Source: a virus. From it: 64,000 bases of DNA. The position numbers and the translations under genes were made by a program. Under the pieces are notes generated by a model. The model had not been told where the DNA came from. It ran no database searches and worked only from the letters and a program-made list of their open reading frames with translations. Numbering within the stretch: the first letter of the stretch is position 1; each line of letters opens with the position of its first letter. The DNA is taken from positions 1-64,000 of IMG/VR virus record IMGVR_UViG_3300035698_022014; one strand, 5' to 3'. This document shows positions 29,707-39,160 of this stretch, piece by piece.

Positions 29707-31425
29707 ATGGCAAAACAAACACTTCAAGGTGTAGTAGACAAGTTGGTGGAAGAGGGCCAGCTCACACGCGAGTCGTCTAAGGACGATTCAAGTAAACTAG
29801 AAGGCGTTCTGTTGAGTGTTTCTGAATCTATCGTTGATCAGACAGTGTCTCTTCAGCAGTTGTTAAACCTCAACGAGAACACACAAGAGCGGATCGAGGA
29901 GCAGAGACGTCTTGCTGCTGCGGATGGGACTCCTACAGTGGCTCCACAACCTGCACCCAGTGCAGATCCGCCCAGTGGGAACGGAAACGAGGGCAGATCG
30001 TCTATCCTTGCATCTGTTTTTGGTGGTACTTTTTTTGGTACTGGATTTGCAAGAGTGTTGTTGTCAGTCGGAAAAGTCCTAGGCAGTGTAAAGTTGTTGT
30101 TTAAGAGCCTTGCGGTGGGCGGTGTCATCGGCATTGCAATATATGGCATCAGCGAGGTGTTGAAAGATATAGGCGAAAACGAACAATTCCAATCAGCACT
30201 TACATCGATCAGCAGTCTGTGGAACGACAAGGTATTGCCCACATTTAACAGGATCGAAGATTTACTTGCTAACATCTCAGGCTTGGGCGAGTTTGCAGAA
30301 AGACTTAGAACCAATGTACAGGACTTTGTGGTCAACACGTTACTGGTACTTTCTGAAACCGTCGGATCGATATTTGAAGGAATAAATCAAATGTTAGATG
30401 GTGATTTTCTAGGCGGTACTCTTACTATACTCAAAGGCTTGGGCACAGGATTGTTAAGCATTTTTGACTCGTTGGTGACCAACGTCCTCAACATCTTTGG
30501 TGTCGATTTTGCAGAAGACGGATCTTTTTTTGGTATACTGTCACGAAAGTGGTCTGAAATGACACAAGGGGTCAGTGACGTTTGGGACAACATCACCACG
30601 TTCATTGGCGAGAAATTTGAATCCTTCAAGAGTTTCATGTCCCCCATAATTGATGAGTTCAGTGTAATTACAGACATCTTCACACTTGATCGAGATGATA
30701 TGTCCGCACTTGGTGCGCTAGGCAAACTTAAAGATATTGTTTTTGCACCTGTCAACATGGCTATAAACTTTGTCAAAGGAATATTTGGATTTGACAGTAC
30801 AGGCGAGCCTTTCAAACTACAGGATTTTGTTACAGACAAAGCCAATGAGATATTCGAATGGATAGGAGATTTGTTTTCGTCTCTTCCGTCCATTGAGGGA
30901 ATGAAAGCCGCTCTATATTCTCGCTTGCCAGAGTGGATGAAACCTGATTCTATCGATGAACAAAGACAGAGCATAATATCTGATATCCAGACTGAAAGAG
31001 ATCTACTTAATTCGGGCGACACGCGCAATTGGAGAGGACAAAAGAGAACAGAAAGCATCTCCAATCTCGAGCGTGAGTTGGACATGTTGCCTCAATACAA
31101 TAGGGGATCAAGCGGCTTCATGAACTTTGGCATGGGTACACCTGCAATGTTACACGGGATAGAGGCAGTTGTGCCAAAAAACTCGCCTGCAGGCGCTTTT
31201 CTATCTAGAAATTTTGACGAGAACTTCGATCCAATCAACCGTAGAATCCAATCTATTGAATCCTCTGCAATGTCTGGCTCCTCTGCTCCTGTTATAATTG
31301 CAAGTGCACCAACGATAGCTCCAGTGACAAACAACGTTAGAGGAAGTACAAATTACAGCAGTCAGCGGATAACAGCAGTAGGAAACGGATCGAGTGGATC
31401 TGGTTTAGGCAGGTTTGCAAATTAA
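29707..31425 (+). CDS. Tape-measure/hub protein (gp29-like)
   Basis: Helical with periodic W/F residues and hydrophobic segments; follows gp26/gp51. Confidence 0.65.
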   Translation: MAKQTLQGVVDKLVEEGQLTRESSKDDSSKLEGVLLSVSESIVDQTVSLQQLLNLNENTQERIEEQRRLAAADGTPTVAPQPAPSADPPSGNGNEGRSSILASVFGGTFFGTGFARVLLSVGKVLGSVKLLFKSLAVGGVIGIAIYGISEVLKDIGENEQFQSALTSISSLWNDKVLPTFNRIEDLLANISGLGEFAERLRTNVQDFVVNTLLVLSETVGSIFEGINQMLDGDFLGGTLTILKGLGTGLLSIFDSLVTNVLNIFGVDFAEDGSFFGILSRKWSEMTQGVSDVWDNITTFIGEKFESFKSFMSPIIDEFSVITDIFTLDRDDMSALGALGKLKDIVFAPVNMAINFVKGIFGFDSTGEPFKLQDFVTDKANEIFEWIGDLFSSLPSIEGMKAALYSRLPEWMKPDSIDEQRQSIISDIQTERDLLNSGDTRNWRGQKRTESISNLERELDMLPQYNRGSSGFMNFGMGTPAMLHGIEAVVPKNSPAGAFLSRNFDENFDPINRRIQSIESSAMSGSSAPVIIASAPTIAPVTNNVRGSTNYSSQRITAVGNGSSGSGLGRFAN

Positions 31426-31455
31426 AAAAGGGACCCTTCAGAAGGCTCCCTTTTT
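31425..31455. terminator. Bidirectional rho-independent terminator
   Basis: AAAAAGGGACCCTTCAGAAGGCTCCCTTTTT between convergent genes. Confidence 0.8.
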
Positions 31456-31479
31456 GTTACGATGGTGTTGAGATGGATG

Positions 31480-31995
31480 TTATTCTACTCCCGTCGAACC
31501 TAAACCACCTTCACGGTCAGTCTTTTGAGTCGGACGTGACAAACGCTCTGTGAGTTTGCACTTATCCTTATCGATCTTCTGCAATTGTGCCTGGGCAATT
31601 CTATCACCTGCATAAATTGTAATCGGCGTATCGCTTGCGTTGTAGACCATTACGTATGTAGGATCAATGTAGTCTGAATCAATAACACCAACACCGTTTG
31701 CAAGCATCAGTCCATATTTTAGAGCCATGCTTGAACGAATGTAGATCTTCATCTCGTGGTGTTTGGGGATATCAAATATCAAACCTGTAGGGACAAGAGT
31801 TCTGAACGATGCGTGAAGCTGGACAGAAGGTTTGCCACCTGCAATTCTGACTGGTAGTTGCATAGCTTTATTGTGAGGATTGTATGCTGTAACTTTGTCT
31901 TCCAGATCAAAGCAAGCACGAAGATCAAAGCAAGCTGACCCTTCTGTTGCAAATTCAGGGATTACAGCCGATTCTTTATCACGAAATATTCTCAT
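31480..31995 (-). CDS. dut: Trimeric dUTPase
   Basis: All five motifs: ACFDL, RSS, GVIDSDY, GDRIAQ, REGGLGSTG. Confidence 0.95.
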   Translation of the reverse strand: MRIFRDKESAVIPEFATEGSACFDLRACFDLEDKVTAYNPHNKAMQLPVRIAGGKPSVQLHASFRTLVPTGLIFDIPKHHEMKIYIRSSMALKYGLMLANGVGVIDSDYIDPTYVMVYNASDTPITIYAGDRIAQAQLQKIDKDKCKLTERLSRPTQKTDREGGLGSTGVE

Positions 31996-32428
31996 TGTGT
32001 GTTCTTCCTCTTTTGGTGCCAACTGTGTATTTGCTCTCCAACGACCAATTACTTTTTTCTTTGAAGGCGATGATTTTAATTTTGTTTAACTCTGCGACAG
32101 GTGCATCAGATTGATCAGGATACACGATTTCTAACAGTCCCCATTCTTCAAGAAGATTGGCTGTGGTGTTTCTACGTGCAATGTCTTCTTCGTCTAGTGT
32201 GTTGTGCTTTCCATCAAGAATAAACAACTCCTTGAAATGCATAATAGCGTACCGACTTACATCCGTACTTTTGTCTTTTTTGTGTAGTATGTGACAGGAC
32301 TGGTACAAGATGCGCTCTCTCCGTGACGCAATTCCTATACGTGTTAGTGTCTCTTTTATCTTTAGGAAATTGTCTGGGACGATCAGCTCGATTTCTACAC
32401 CGTGTCCTCTAAATAGGTTCTGATCCAT
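31979..32428 (-). CDS. regA: Translational repressor RegA
   Basis: FLKIKETLTRIGIAS...LYQSCHILHK...HFKELFILDG. Confidence 0.95.
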   Translation of the reverse strand: MDQNLFRGHGVEIELIVPDNFLKIKETLTRIGIASRRERILYQSCHILHKKDKSTDVSRYAIMHFKELFILDGKHNTLDEEDIARRNTTANLLEEWGLLEIVYPDQSDAPVAELNKIKIIAFKEKSNWSLESKYTVGTKRGRTHNENIS

Positions 32429-32490
32429 GTTATGTTCACTCTCATTTCTTGTTGTTATCTACGACGAGTTCATTGTGAATGTTCGCATGT

Positions 32491-32982
32491 TTATTTATCT
32501 TTTTTATTTTTTGTAGGCTTCTGCTCTCCTGTTTCTGATAATGCACGCAGATCGCTGAGATTCTGCTCTGTAAGTAACTTCAGGTATTGTTTTGCTATCT
32601 CTGGACGAACACCATACATCTTTTGAACCATCACAACATCGTCGTTCTTTTCTAGCTTGTGCCACTTTGAAAATCTCTTTCGCTTTCTGAGCGAACCCAT
32701 GTAATAGTAGAACTGTGCTGTGTCAGGTATGCACGAATGCATATTCATTTCGTTAGCGTGTAGGACCGAATCAGGAAAGAACCCAAACCCACGGTTGATA
32801 ATATACGCTACATAATCTTTTGCAACCTCAGGCTCCTGTGCAATCATATCCTTTTTTGTTTCTGACACTGCCGTCATGAACTCAAACGGACTTTTCTTCA
32901 ACGTCTTTGTAACAACTTGCTCCTCAACACAAGCTTCGTGTGGCTTTATCACATCACTCGCATCAATTTCTACCAAACTCAT
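32491..32982 (-). CDS. gp62: Clamp loader small subunit gp62
   Basis: YIINRG...ANEMN...RKRKRFSKW; synteny. Confidence 0.9.
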   Translation of the reverse strand: MSLVEIDASDVIKPHEACVEEQVVTKTLKKSPFEFMTAVSETKKDMIAQEPEVAKDYVAYIINRGFGFFPDSVLHANEMNMHSCIPDTAQFYYYMGSLRKRKRFSKWHKLEKNDDVVMVQKMYGVRPEIAKQYLKLLTEQNLSDLRALSETGEQKPTKNKKDK

Positions 32983-33143
32983 AAATCTTTCCCACTAATC
33001 ATTTTTTGCATTGTATCAGCACACTCTAAACACACAACGAGTACGTGGTCGCCATCCGCTGTGTTGATGTGCAGACTGAACTTCTCTTTTTGGCTAACCA
33101 TGGTTGTGCACAACTTACATTTCACCTTTTTGGCTTTGAACAT
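32979..33143 (-). CDS. Small zinc-ribbon protein
   Basis: CKLC...CLEC; fills the gap between gp44 and gp62; start uncertain. Confidence 0.55.
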   Translation of the reverse strand: MFKAKKVKCKLCTTMVSQKEKFSLHINTADGDHVLVVCLECADTMQKMISGKDL

Positions 33144-33145
33144 AC

Positions 33146-34090
33146 TCACAAATCGCACGATGCCATTATCTCTGTCAAACACGCAACCAAATTCAGCTCG
33201 TGGTCAGGAACAGATGCGTGTTGAAACTGGTACTTTCCGAGAAGAACAACAAAGTCGGCCATAGAGTTAAGAGGAACAACAGTAAGTCCCGTATCGAACA
33301 GTTTGCGATAGATGTTTGCAAAATCTTGGTCGGTATTAGAGGCGACCCACTTACGCATTTCTGTGAAGTTCTTGTGTTTCAAAAACAGAAACAATCCATC
33401 AACAGATTCTTGTTTGAAGTTGACAAATATCCCCTCATCAATTCGACCTGACGAAGCGTACTTTTGCAATTCGTTAAGGGTCCGACGAAAGTCAGGAAAG
33501 TGCTTTTCAACGACTTTCGCTACAACTTTCTGATCATAATCAACATTTTCTTCTTTAAGGATCCAAAGCACACGTTTGAAGAACTGCGTGGCTATTGCAG
33601 GCTTCTCAGACTTGTCGATTGAGAATTCAACAAGAGAAAAACGTGAGTGAAGTGGCTCAATGATACGGTTTTTGAAGTTGCACGTGAAAATGAATCCGCA
33701 GTTGCGGCTAAACTCCTCAGAGAACGATCGAAGGGCATATTGTGTGTTTGGAGTAAGGTAATCAGCCTCGTCGATGATCACATATTTGCGGCCACCTGCA
33801 AACGATACAGAGGATGCAAAATTTGAGATCTCATAGCGAAGAGTGTCGATGCCACCGTTTAACGATCCATTGATAACAATATAGTCACAATTAAGTTCTT
33901 TCAGCATTGCGACTGCTGCAGTTGTTTTACCTGTTCCAGGTGTTCCAGAAAGAAGCAGGTTAGGGATGTTTTTATCGTCTACAAACTTTTGAAAAGACTT
34001 CATTGTCTTTTCTGGTAGGATGATGTCAGAAACCTTTTGAGGTCTGTATTTCTGACACCATAGCATTTCAGCAGCAATTGAATCGAGCAT
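33146..34090 (-). CDS. gp44: Clamp loader ATPase gp44
   Basis: WCQKYRP, GTPGTGKTT, IIDEAD, LHSRF. Confidence 0.95.
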   Translation of the reverse strand: MLDSIAAEMLWCQKYRPQKVSDIILPEKTMKSFQKFVDDKNIPNLLLSGTPGTGKTTAAVAMLKELNCDYIVINGSLNGGIDTLRYEISNFASSVSFAGGRKYVIIDEADYLTPNTQYALRSFSEEFSRNCGFIFTCNFKNRIIEPLHSRFSLVEFSIDKSEKPAIATQFFKRVLWILKEENVDYDQKVVAKVVEKHFPDFRRTLNELQKYASSGRIDEGIFVNFKQESVDGLFLFLKHKNFTEMRKWVASNTDQDFANIYRKLFDTGLTVVPLNSMADFVVLLGKYQFQHASVPDHELNLVACLTEIMASCDL

Positions 34091-34146
34091 AATATAATAC
34101 CTTTGTGTGGTGTGTTAATCAAATAGAAGGCCAGCGATGAAGCCCT

Positions 34147-34362
34147 TTAAATGTCATCATCGTTAGTATCGTCTGCTTGGTCAGGCTGCACTTCGGTGGC
34201 CTTAGCAGTGTGGCTCTTTACAAACTCTGCAAACTTCTCGCGTACAGTTCCCACTGCAACTAACTCGTTTCCTTTGAACGAGCCACGCTCTGTACACGTA
34301 TCGATGATATTGACCATCATCGTGAAATCGTTTAGTGTCAGGCTGTTTTGTAGATCAGTCAT
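34147..34362 (-). CDS. Conserved small phage hypothetical protein
   Basis: IIDTCTERGSFKGNEL..VG; AAGGA RBS. Confidence 0.65.
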   Translation of the reverse strand: MTDLQNSLTLNDFTMMVNIIDTCTERGSFKGNELVAVGTVREKFAEFVKSHTAKATEVQPDQADDTNDDDI

Positions 34363-34366
34363 ATTG

Positions 34367-35029
34367 TTATCCTTTTTTATATGTTGATTTGGATTCGATT
34401 GCAATGAAGTATGTAACTTTCGATGAACTGAACTTCGATATTCCTTTTGAAGACAGTTCAACCTCATAATCTCCTGAAAGAAGAGGTAGATTCTCTGTTT
34501 TGATAATCAGCGAAAAAGTATCATCTGTGTCGCCCAATTCAAACCCATACGAGTCAGCAGATGGGTTTGCACTGTCAATTGCTTGTAGATAGCACTTACC
34601 ATCAGTGCCCACAAACGCAATCTCAGGCAACTGAAAGACGCTTGACGCCTTCAACACCTTTGACAGATCGTCTGCAGACAATGAAACAGACACATCAACA
34701 GATGGCAGCTTGATCTCTTTCTCTGGGGGCGAAATTATCATGGACGGGTCAGCATAAACATACTTCGCCTTGCTCTTTCCTTCAACGATTGTGATGAAGC
34801 TGCTACCAAAGTCGAGATCAGGCTCTGAATATAGACTGCACACAGACAAGAAGCGTGGAAGGTTGTATATTCCTGCTGTTCGTGGAAACTCGTCAGGAAC
34901 AGTAGCAACTGCCATAATAGTTTTTAGTGGACTAATAGTTTTTAGTGTGTTACCTTCTTTAAGAAGTATGGATTGATTGATTCCTGCAAAGTTCTTTAGT
35001 ACCATCATCGTTTCACTTGATAGCTTCAT
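34367..35029 (-). CDS. gp45: Sliding clamp gp45
   Basis: MKLSSET..LKNFAGINQSI...; synteny. Confidence 0.95.
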   Translation of the reverse strand: MKLSSETMMVLKNFAGINQSILLKEGNTLKTISPLKTIMAVATVPDEFPRTAGIYNLPRFLSVCSLYSEPDLDFGSSFITIVEGKSKAKYVYADPSMIISPPEKEIKLPSVDVSVSLSADDLSKVLKASSVFQLPEIAFVGTDGKCYLQAIDSANPSADSYGFELGDTDDTFSLIIKTENLPLLSGDYEVELSSKGISKFSSSKVTYFIAIESKSTYKKG

Positions 35030-35059
35030 AATGTATCCTTTATGGTTGTTGTAATTATA

Positions 35060-35284
35060 TCAGATCTTAGGGGTGAGGGCAATAGGAATCTGTCTGAATG
35101 ACATGTGCTTTTCAATAACACTATCATATAGAAATATCATCTTGTGATAGATGATCGCTTGCTCTTCGACTGTTGTTCCGTCGTCGAACGGACTCTCCCT
35201 CTTGTCAATAATTTTATAGTAATTGGGATTGTACCCCAGACACAAACTAATGATCATTTCCTCACGAGCAGTTGCCATTTGCAT
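35060..35284 (-). CDS. Hypothetical protein
   Basis: ORF with GGAG RBS inside operon. Confidence 0.55.
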   Translation of the reverse strand: MQMATAREEMIISLCLGYNPNYYKIIDKRESPFDDGTTVEEQAIIYHKMIFLYDSVIEKHMSFRQIPIALTPKI

Positions 35285-35310
35285 GCTCCGTTTTTATAGA
35301 AAGGTGATTG

Positions 35311-35955
35311 TTATCTATCGACATTTTCCATGTCGAGCTCTGCACGCATAATCGCTTGCATACGAAGAACATTAGCCACAACGTCAATACTCGAGTCTGC
35401 TTTTACATAAATGCTTTTCCAATATTCTTCATCGTTAATTGGTGTCATGTCGAGCTTGGGGAGATTGAACTCAAACTTCGAATCAATGAATGTTGACATG
35501 TCACGCGACTTCCAACGAGGAAGATGTTCGCGGATCACACTTTCTTTCTTTGAGTCGCAAAACAGACGCCACAAGATTGCTGCATCATCCATACTATTCC
35601 ACGACCACCAAAGATCAATTCTGCCATGCGGCAGAAGATAATTTACGAACTCTCTTGTGAATTCGTCTATTGTAAGATCTTTAGAATGTGGTTTCAACGT
35701 CCTTTCGATGATCGCTTTTGGTTGGGATTTCCAAAACTCGACCCCGTCTGATGCTGCTAGATATCCACGATCTTTTTGGTCAGCGATGCTAAGCTTGAAT
35801 CGTTTGATACTCGAATATGCTGATTTTGTAGTGTACGGAGAAGTCGATACCATTGTTTTTGTATCAACCACAGCAACAGAGCAGTCCAATACAATACAAT
35901 TCTCGGGATGGTAACCAAGCATTGAGAAATCTATGAACAGAAACTTATCCTTCAT
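35311..35955 (-). CDS. DexA-like DEDDh exonuclease homologue with altered catalytic motifs
   Basis: FIDFSMLG, KFKLS-like RFKLS, WKSQP, WKSRDMSTFID; resembles T4 DexA. Confidence 0.65.
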   Translation of the reverse strand: MKDKFLFIDFSMLGYHPENCIVLDCSVAVVDTKTMVSTSPYTTKSAYSSIKRFKLSIADQKDRGYLAASDGVEFWKSQPKAIIERTLKPHSKDLTIDEFTREFVNYLLPHGRIDLWWSWNSMDDAAILWRLFCDSKKESVIREHLPRWKSRDMSTFIDSKFEFNLPKLDMTPINDEEYWKSIYVKADSSIDVVANVLRMQAIMRAELDMENVDR

Positions 35956-36478
35956 TGGACGTACCTGTTTTGTATAAATCAAGTTCCATCTGCTTCGTTG
36001 TGCCGTTCTTTGTGCGTCCATAGTCGCCGTCATACATCTTCAACGCTTCTGCCTCAAACAACACAAATTGAGCAATTCGAGTACCTTGTTTGACTCTGAT
36101 AGGGCCTGTTGTAACATGCAGTGCACCGCCAACATTCCCACTATATCCCGTATCATAAACACCTGACGTGATGAACACTCCATTACGATTGAACGAGGAA
36201 CGAATTACCAACCACCCTGCCTCACCGTCCCCAATGGTGACATCGCTACTCATTGCGACGTCATATACACCAATGTGCAGGTTAAAATAGCCATCATCAT
36301 CAACCTCTACATCAATGCGATCACGGTGCAGTTTTTTATCCTCATCAATCACGAAAATTGTGGGTGACAAAGCAATAACTCTGTCCAATCGCATGTCGAC
36401 CGCATTGGAGCTTATCATCTCTACATCAACGTTGGTCGCAGTACTGTTGTTTTGCTCGCTAGCTATGTGTCTCATCAT
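35945..36478 (-). CDS. Second dUTPase/dCTP-deaminase-fold protein
   Basis: SNAVDMRL, RSSFNRNG, VYDTGYSG, GTRIAQ, YDGDY. Confidence 0.8.
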   Translation of the reverse strand: MMRHIASEQNNSTATNVDVEMISSNAVDMRLDRVIALSPTIFVIDEDKKLHRDRIDVEVDDDGYFNLHIGVYDVAMSSDVTIGDGEAGWLVIRSSFNRNGVFITSGVYDTGYSGNVGGALHVTTGPIRVKQGTRIAQFVLFEAEALKMYDGDYGRTKNGTTKQMELDLYKTGTSNEG

Positions 36479-36879
36479 GGTTGCTTACGCTCCTTGTCTG
36501 TAAAATGTGTTAGAAGGATTATGTAATGCATCGACTTGAGAAGGTCCTTCCGGTTGATACCTTCTTTACGTCCAAGTCTCATCAGATACTTGATGGCTGT
36601 CCCTTGACACATTTCACTGGCAATGTTCAATGATTCCCACACATCGATTGTTTGTATCTCCTCCTTACCAACATAGTGTTGAGAATAAGTACTTGCGACG
36701 TACTCTCCTAAGTCACGGAGTATTTCTTGCTCACTAAACTTATATTTGATAGTAGACGTATCACTTTGTGGGCTGACTGTCGTCTCAACTTTCGTCTGGC
36801 AGGGGTTATCTAATTTATCTCGCAAAGTCAGTCTCCATGTTAATAAGGTTGTCGATGTAATCGCAATTCGTCTTTGCAA
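36475..36879 (-). CDS. DUF3310 (T7 gp1.7-like) protein; start uncertain
   Basis: QHY...IQTID...GTAIKYLMRLGRKEG..KDLLKSMHY. Confidence 0.75.
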   Translation of the reverse strand: MQRRIAITSTTLLTWRLTLRDKLDNPCQTKVETTVSPQSDTSTIKYKFSEQEILRDLGEYVASTYSQHYVGKEEIQTIDVWESLNIASEMCQGTAIKYLMRLGRKEGINRKDLLKSMHYIILLTHFTDKERKQP

Positions 36880-37684
36880 GATCGATCAGGGTCGAATCAG
36901 TGCACACTGTATCAAAATGTACCTCGGGCTCATACTTGCCATTCACCAATCCTGAAGGACTGTTGTCAAATCCAATGTTGTTCAATCCTGCCCACACAGC
37001 AGCAGAGCTATCCCACGTGTTGATATACCCAAGGTGATCTTTGACCAGAGATATTTCATTAGGACCGTCGATCATTCCAAGCATGTGTACACGCTTGTTG
37101 TTGTCTTGGATCTTTTGTACAATCCCACGATCAACAAGGATGTTCAGAAAGTGCCATCTGGAAAGAAACCGTTGAAGCTTATTACCTTGCTCTACGCCAT
37201 ATGCATTCGGTATAGCAAGAATGGACACTCCAATGTAATCTACGTGTCTAGATTCAGCGGCCCATGCAAATCCATCGATTAGATCTTCGATGTCGCCAAC
37301 ATTCGACTGTGGGACAAAGAATGTCCCAAACCCACCATCCCTGATTTCTCGACTAGTTTCAACGGCTTTGTCAATTGTTTTTTGACCTGGCTCAGCAGGA
37401 TAGTCCGACATTACAATGTAATCAGCACTGACTGTTGTACCCATCTCTACAAGTTTAGACGAAGGATACATAGGCGACCCTTGCTTGAACATCTCAAACC
37501 CGCCATTGTCAAGAATTGTCACACTCTCAGGATTCTCAAACTTTTCGTCCCCATACCACTGTGCATAACGCGGATCTGATTCGACAAGATGTGCCAACAC
37601 GAGATGGGTCTTTCTTCCTTTAGCAAAGTTGTCGAGGTGGGGAGTGGGTGTAATGTGGCAAAAGTCTGTCATGCAGTTCTCCAT
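36815..37684 (-). CDS. dpdA: TGT/DpdA-like guanine transglycosylase
   Basis: TGT-fold-like motifs ILDNGGFE, MSD, VPQ, VHMLG, TWDSSAAVW; located in folE/queD/queE cluster; subfamily not assignable by eye. Confidence 0.7.
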   Translation of the reverse strand: MENCMTDFCHITPTPHLDNFAKGRKTHLVLAHLVESDPRYAQWYGDEKFENPESVTILDNGGFEMFKQGSPMYPSSKLVEMGTTVSADYIVMSDYPAEPGQKTIDKAVETSREIRDGGFGTFFVPQSNVGDIEDLIDGFAWAAESRHVDYIGVSILAIPNAYGVEQGNKLQRFLSRWHFLNILVDRGIVQKIQDNNKRVHMLGMIDGPNEISLVKDHLGYINTWDSSAAVWAGLNNIGFDNSPSGLVNGKYEPEVHFDTVCTDSTLIDLAKTNCDYIDNLINMETDFAR

Positions 37685-37697
37685 GTTGTAAATACAA

Positions 37698-37729
37698 ACA
37701 AGCGGAGATCATCAATGCTCTCCGCTTGT
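37698..37729 (-). terminator. 11-bp stem hairpin between the dpdL-like and dpdA-like genes
   Basis: ACAAGCGGAGA-N10-TCTCCGCTTGT followed by TTGTATTT. Confidence 0.55.
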
Positions 37730-37738
37730 CAATTCTGG

Positions 37739-38122
37739 TTATTGGTAGATTGAAGTAGAGCCGTTCTCGCCATCTTCAGATATTTCGATGTGGATACCAC
37801 GGTCAGGATATCGCGCTGATATCTTCTCTGCAAGGTCATCAGAAATCATCTCACAGCTTTTGTAGTCTAACTGCAAGGCACCGTCACCATACAACGATTC
37901 GAGCCAACGTTTGAATTGAATAAATTCAATGTCACGATCGTTGTGAAAGACGTCAATAGCCACTTTGATATGAAAAATGTGACGGTGTGGATAGCCCAAA
38001 AAGCTGACATCGTACTCATCACCTGTAGCGAGTTTTGGATCAGTCAGCGCAGCTGGATATTTGTGGACACCTTCTCGCTGAAACTTTACCCAAATACGGT
38101 TTGTAATTTTACTTAGCATCAT
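37739..38122 (-). CDS. dpdL: QueD-paralogous T-fold protein, DpdL-like (predicted CDG decarboxylase)
   Basis: LGYPHRHIF fits the LxxxHRHxF signature as I recall it; SCEMIS and EDGENG T-fold motifs; a canonical QueD is encoded separately. Confidence 0.72.
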   Translation of the reverse strand: MMLSKITNRIWVKFQREGVHKYPAALTDPKLATGDEYDVSFLGYPHRHIFHIKVAIDVFHNDRDIEFIQFKRWLESLYGDGALQLDYKSCEMISDDLAEKISARYPDRGIHIEISEDGENGSTSIYQ

Positions 38123-38194
38123 ACATCTCCATTATATAGAAAATGATGCAGGACAGAACCTACATCATTTTGATTATCGTTCGTCGGTTTGTTA

Positions 38195-38449
38195 TTAGTC
38201 GATTTGCGTAACAGGAACCATGGTCATTCCTTGGTTGTTGTCAACTTCAACTTTTGCATAAGATCTGCCGCCGCGGTTCTCAAGACCTTTATAACGGCCA
38301 GTTGTTTTGACACCCTTGGTGTTTGTAAAGGATACAGGATCACCTTTTTTCATCTTTTGCACACGCTTTTTAGCTTTGTCATATTCTGCAGGCGCGTCCT
38401 CGGAAAGCTTGACTTTGATTGATTCTTCGATAAGTTGTTTGATTGACAT
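38195..38449 (-). CDS. Small late protein, putative internal head protein
   Basis: Late promoter CATAAATA at 38491-38498; N-terminal IKQLIEE...KLSE. Confidence 0.6.
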   Translation of the reverse strand: MSIKQLIEESIKVKLSEDAPAEYDKAKKRVQKMKKGDPVSFTNTKGVKTTGRYKGLENRGGRSYAKVEVDNNQGMTMVPVTQID

Positions 38450-38509
38450 GTGTATTTCTCCTGTCGTTTGACTACATTAGCATTCTTGTCTATTTATGTG
38501 AAAACTACA

Positions 38510-38740
38510 CTACACTACACGGTTATCTGGAAACAGTGCAAGCTGTGCTGCAATCCGGTCAAGTTCATTGGGAGTAGAGGCTTTGCGGATTGTAGACTGA
38601 AAGCGTTTGACGTTTTGGCTATTCTCGCCTTTAGCGACAAATTCTTTCACAGCTTTCAAGAGAATCTGTTGTTTTTCGTCTGCTGATTGTGCTGCCCATA
38701 CTTTTTTTGCTACGTCGCTGTAATCATTCAGAGTTTTCAT
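38510..38740 (-). CDS. Hypothetical early protein
   Basis: Follows a sigma70-like promoter; AAGGA RBS. Confidence 0.6.
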   Translation of the reverse strand: MKTLNDYSDVAKKVWAAQSADEKQQILLKAVKEFVAKGENSQNVKRFQSTIRKASTPNELDRIAAQLALFPDNRVV

Positions 38741-39144
38741 TCGATATGTCCTTTGGTTGATGCTTCATGATACCATTTATAGCGACGAAAGTCAACACTG
38801 GTACTCATGAATGTAGGAAGATTATCACAATAAAGTATCCTATCACCTCCTTTTTTGAGATAGCCTTTTAAGATTTTTGTGTCACACCATGCCATCCATT
38901 GGTGTGAATTGTCAACAAAGAACATTCGATGTGTATTGACAGGTTCAAGTAATTTGTCATTGAGCATGACACAACCTCCTGAATTGAATGGAACGACAGT
39001 GCCTGTATAACCATTTGACCACTTCGGGTTCTTGAATCTTATCGTGTTGTCACCTGTTCTGTAGCATTCCCATCTCCATTTGATAATTGCATATACTGCA
39101 GTCTTTACTGCACCATCCAATTGTCGATCAACCAATTCTTCCAC
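38737..39144 (-). CDS. Hypothetical protein
   Basis: GTG start with AAGGA RBS; overlaps next gene. Confidence 0.55.
   Translation of the reverse strand: MEELVDRQLDGAVKTAVYAIIKWRWECYRTGDNTIRFKNPKWSNGYTGTVVPFNSGGCVMLNDKLLEPVNTHRMFFVDNSHQWMAWCDTKILKGYLKKGGDRILYCDNLPTFMSTSVDFRRYKWYHEASTKGHIE
38767..38795 (-). promoter_or_regulatory. Sigma70-like early promoter TTGACT-N17-TATCAT
   Basis: Exact 17-nt spacer; the same GTTGAC-N17-TA pattern recurs in the window. Confidence 0.7.
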
Positions 39145-39160
39145 AATTATGTTCCTTCGA

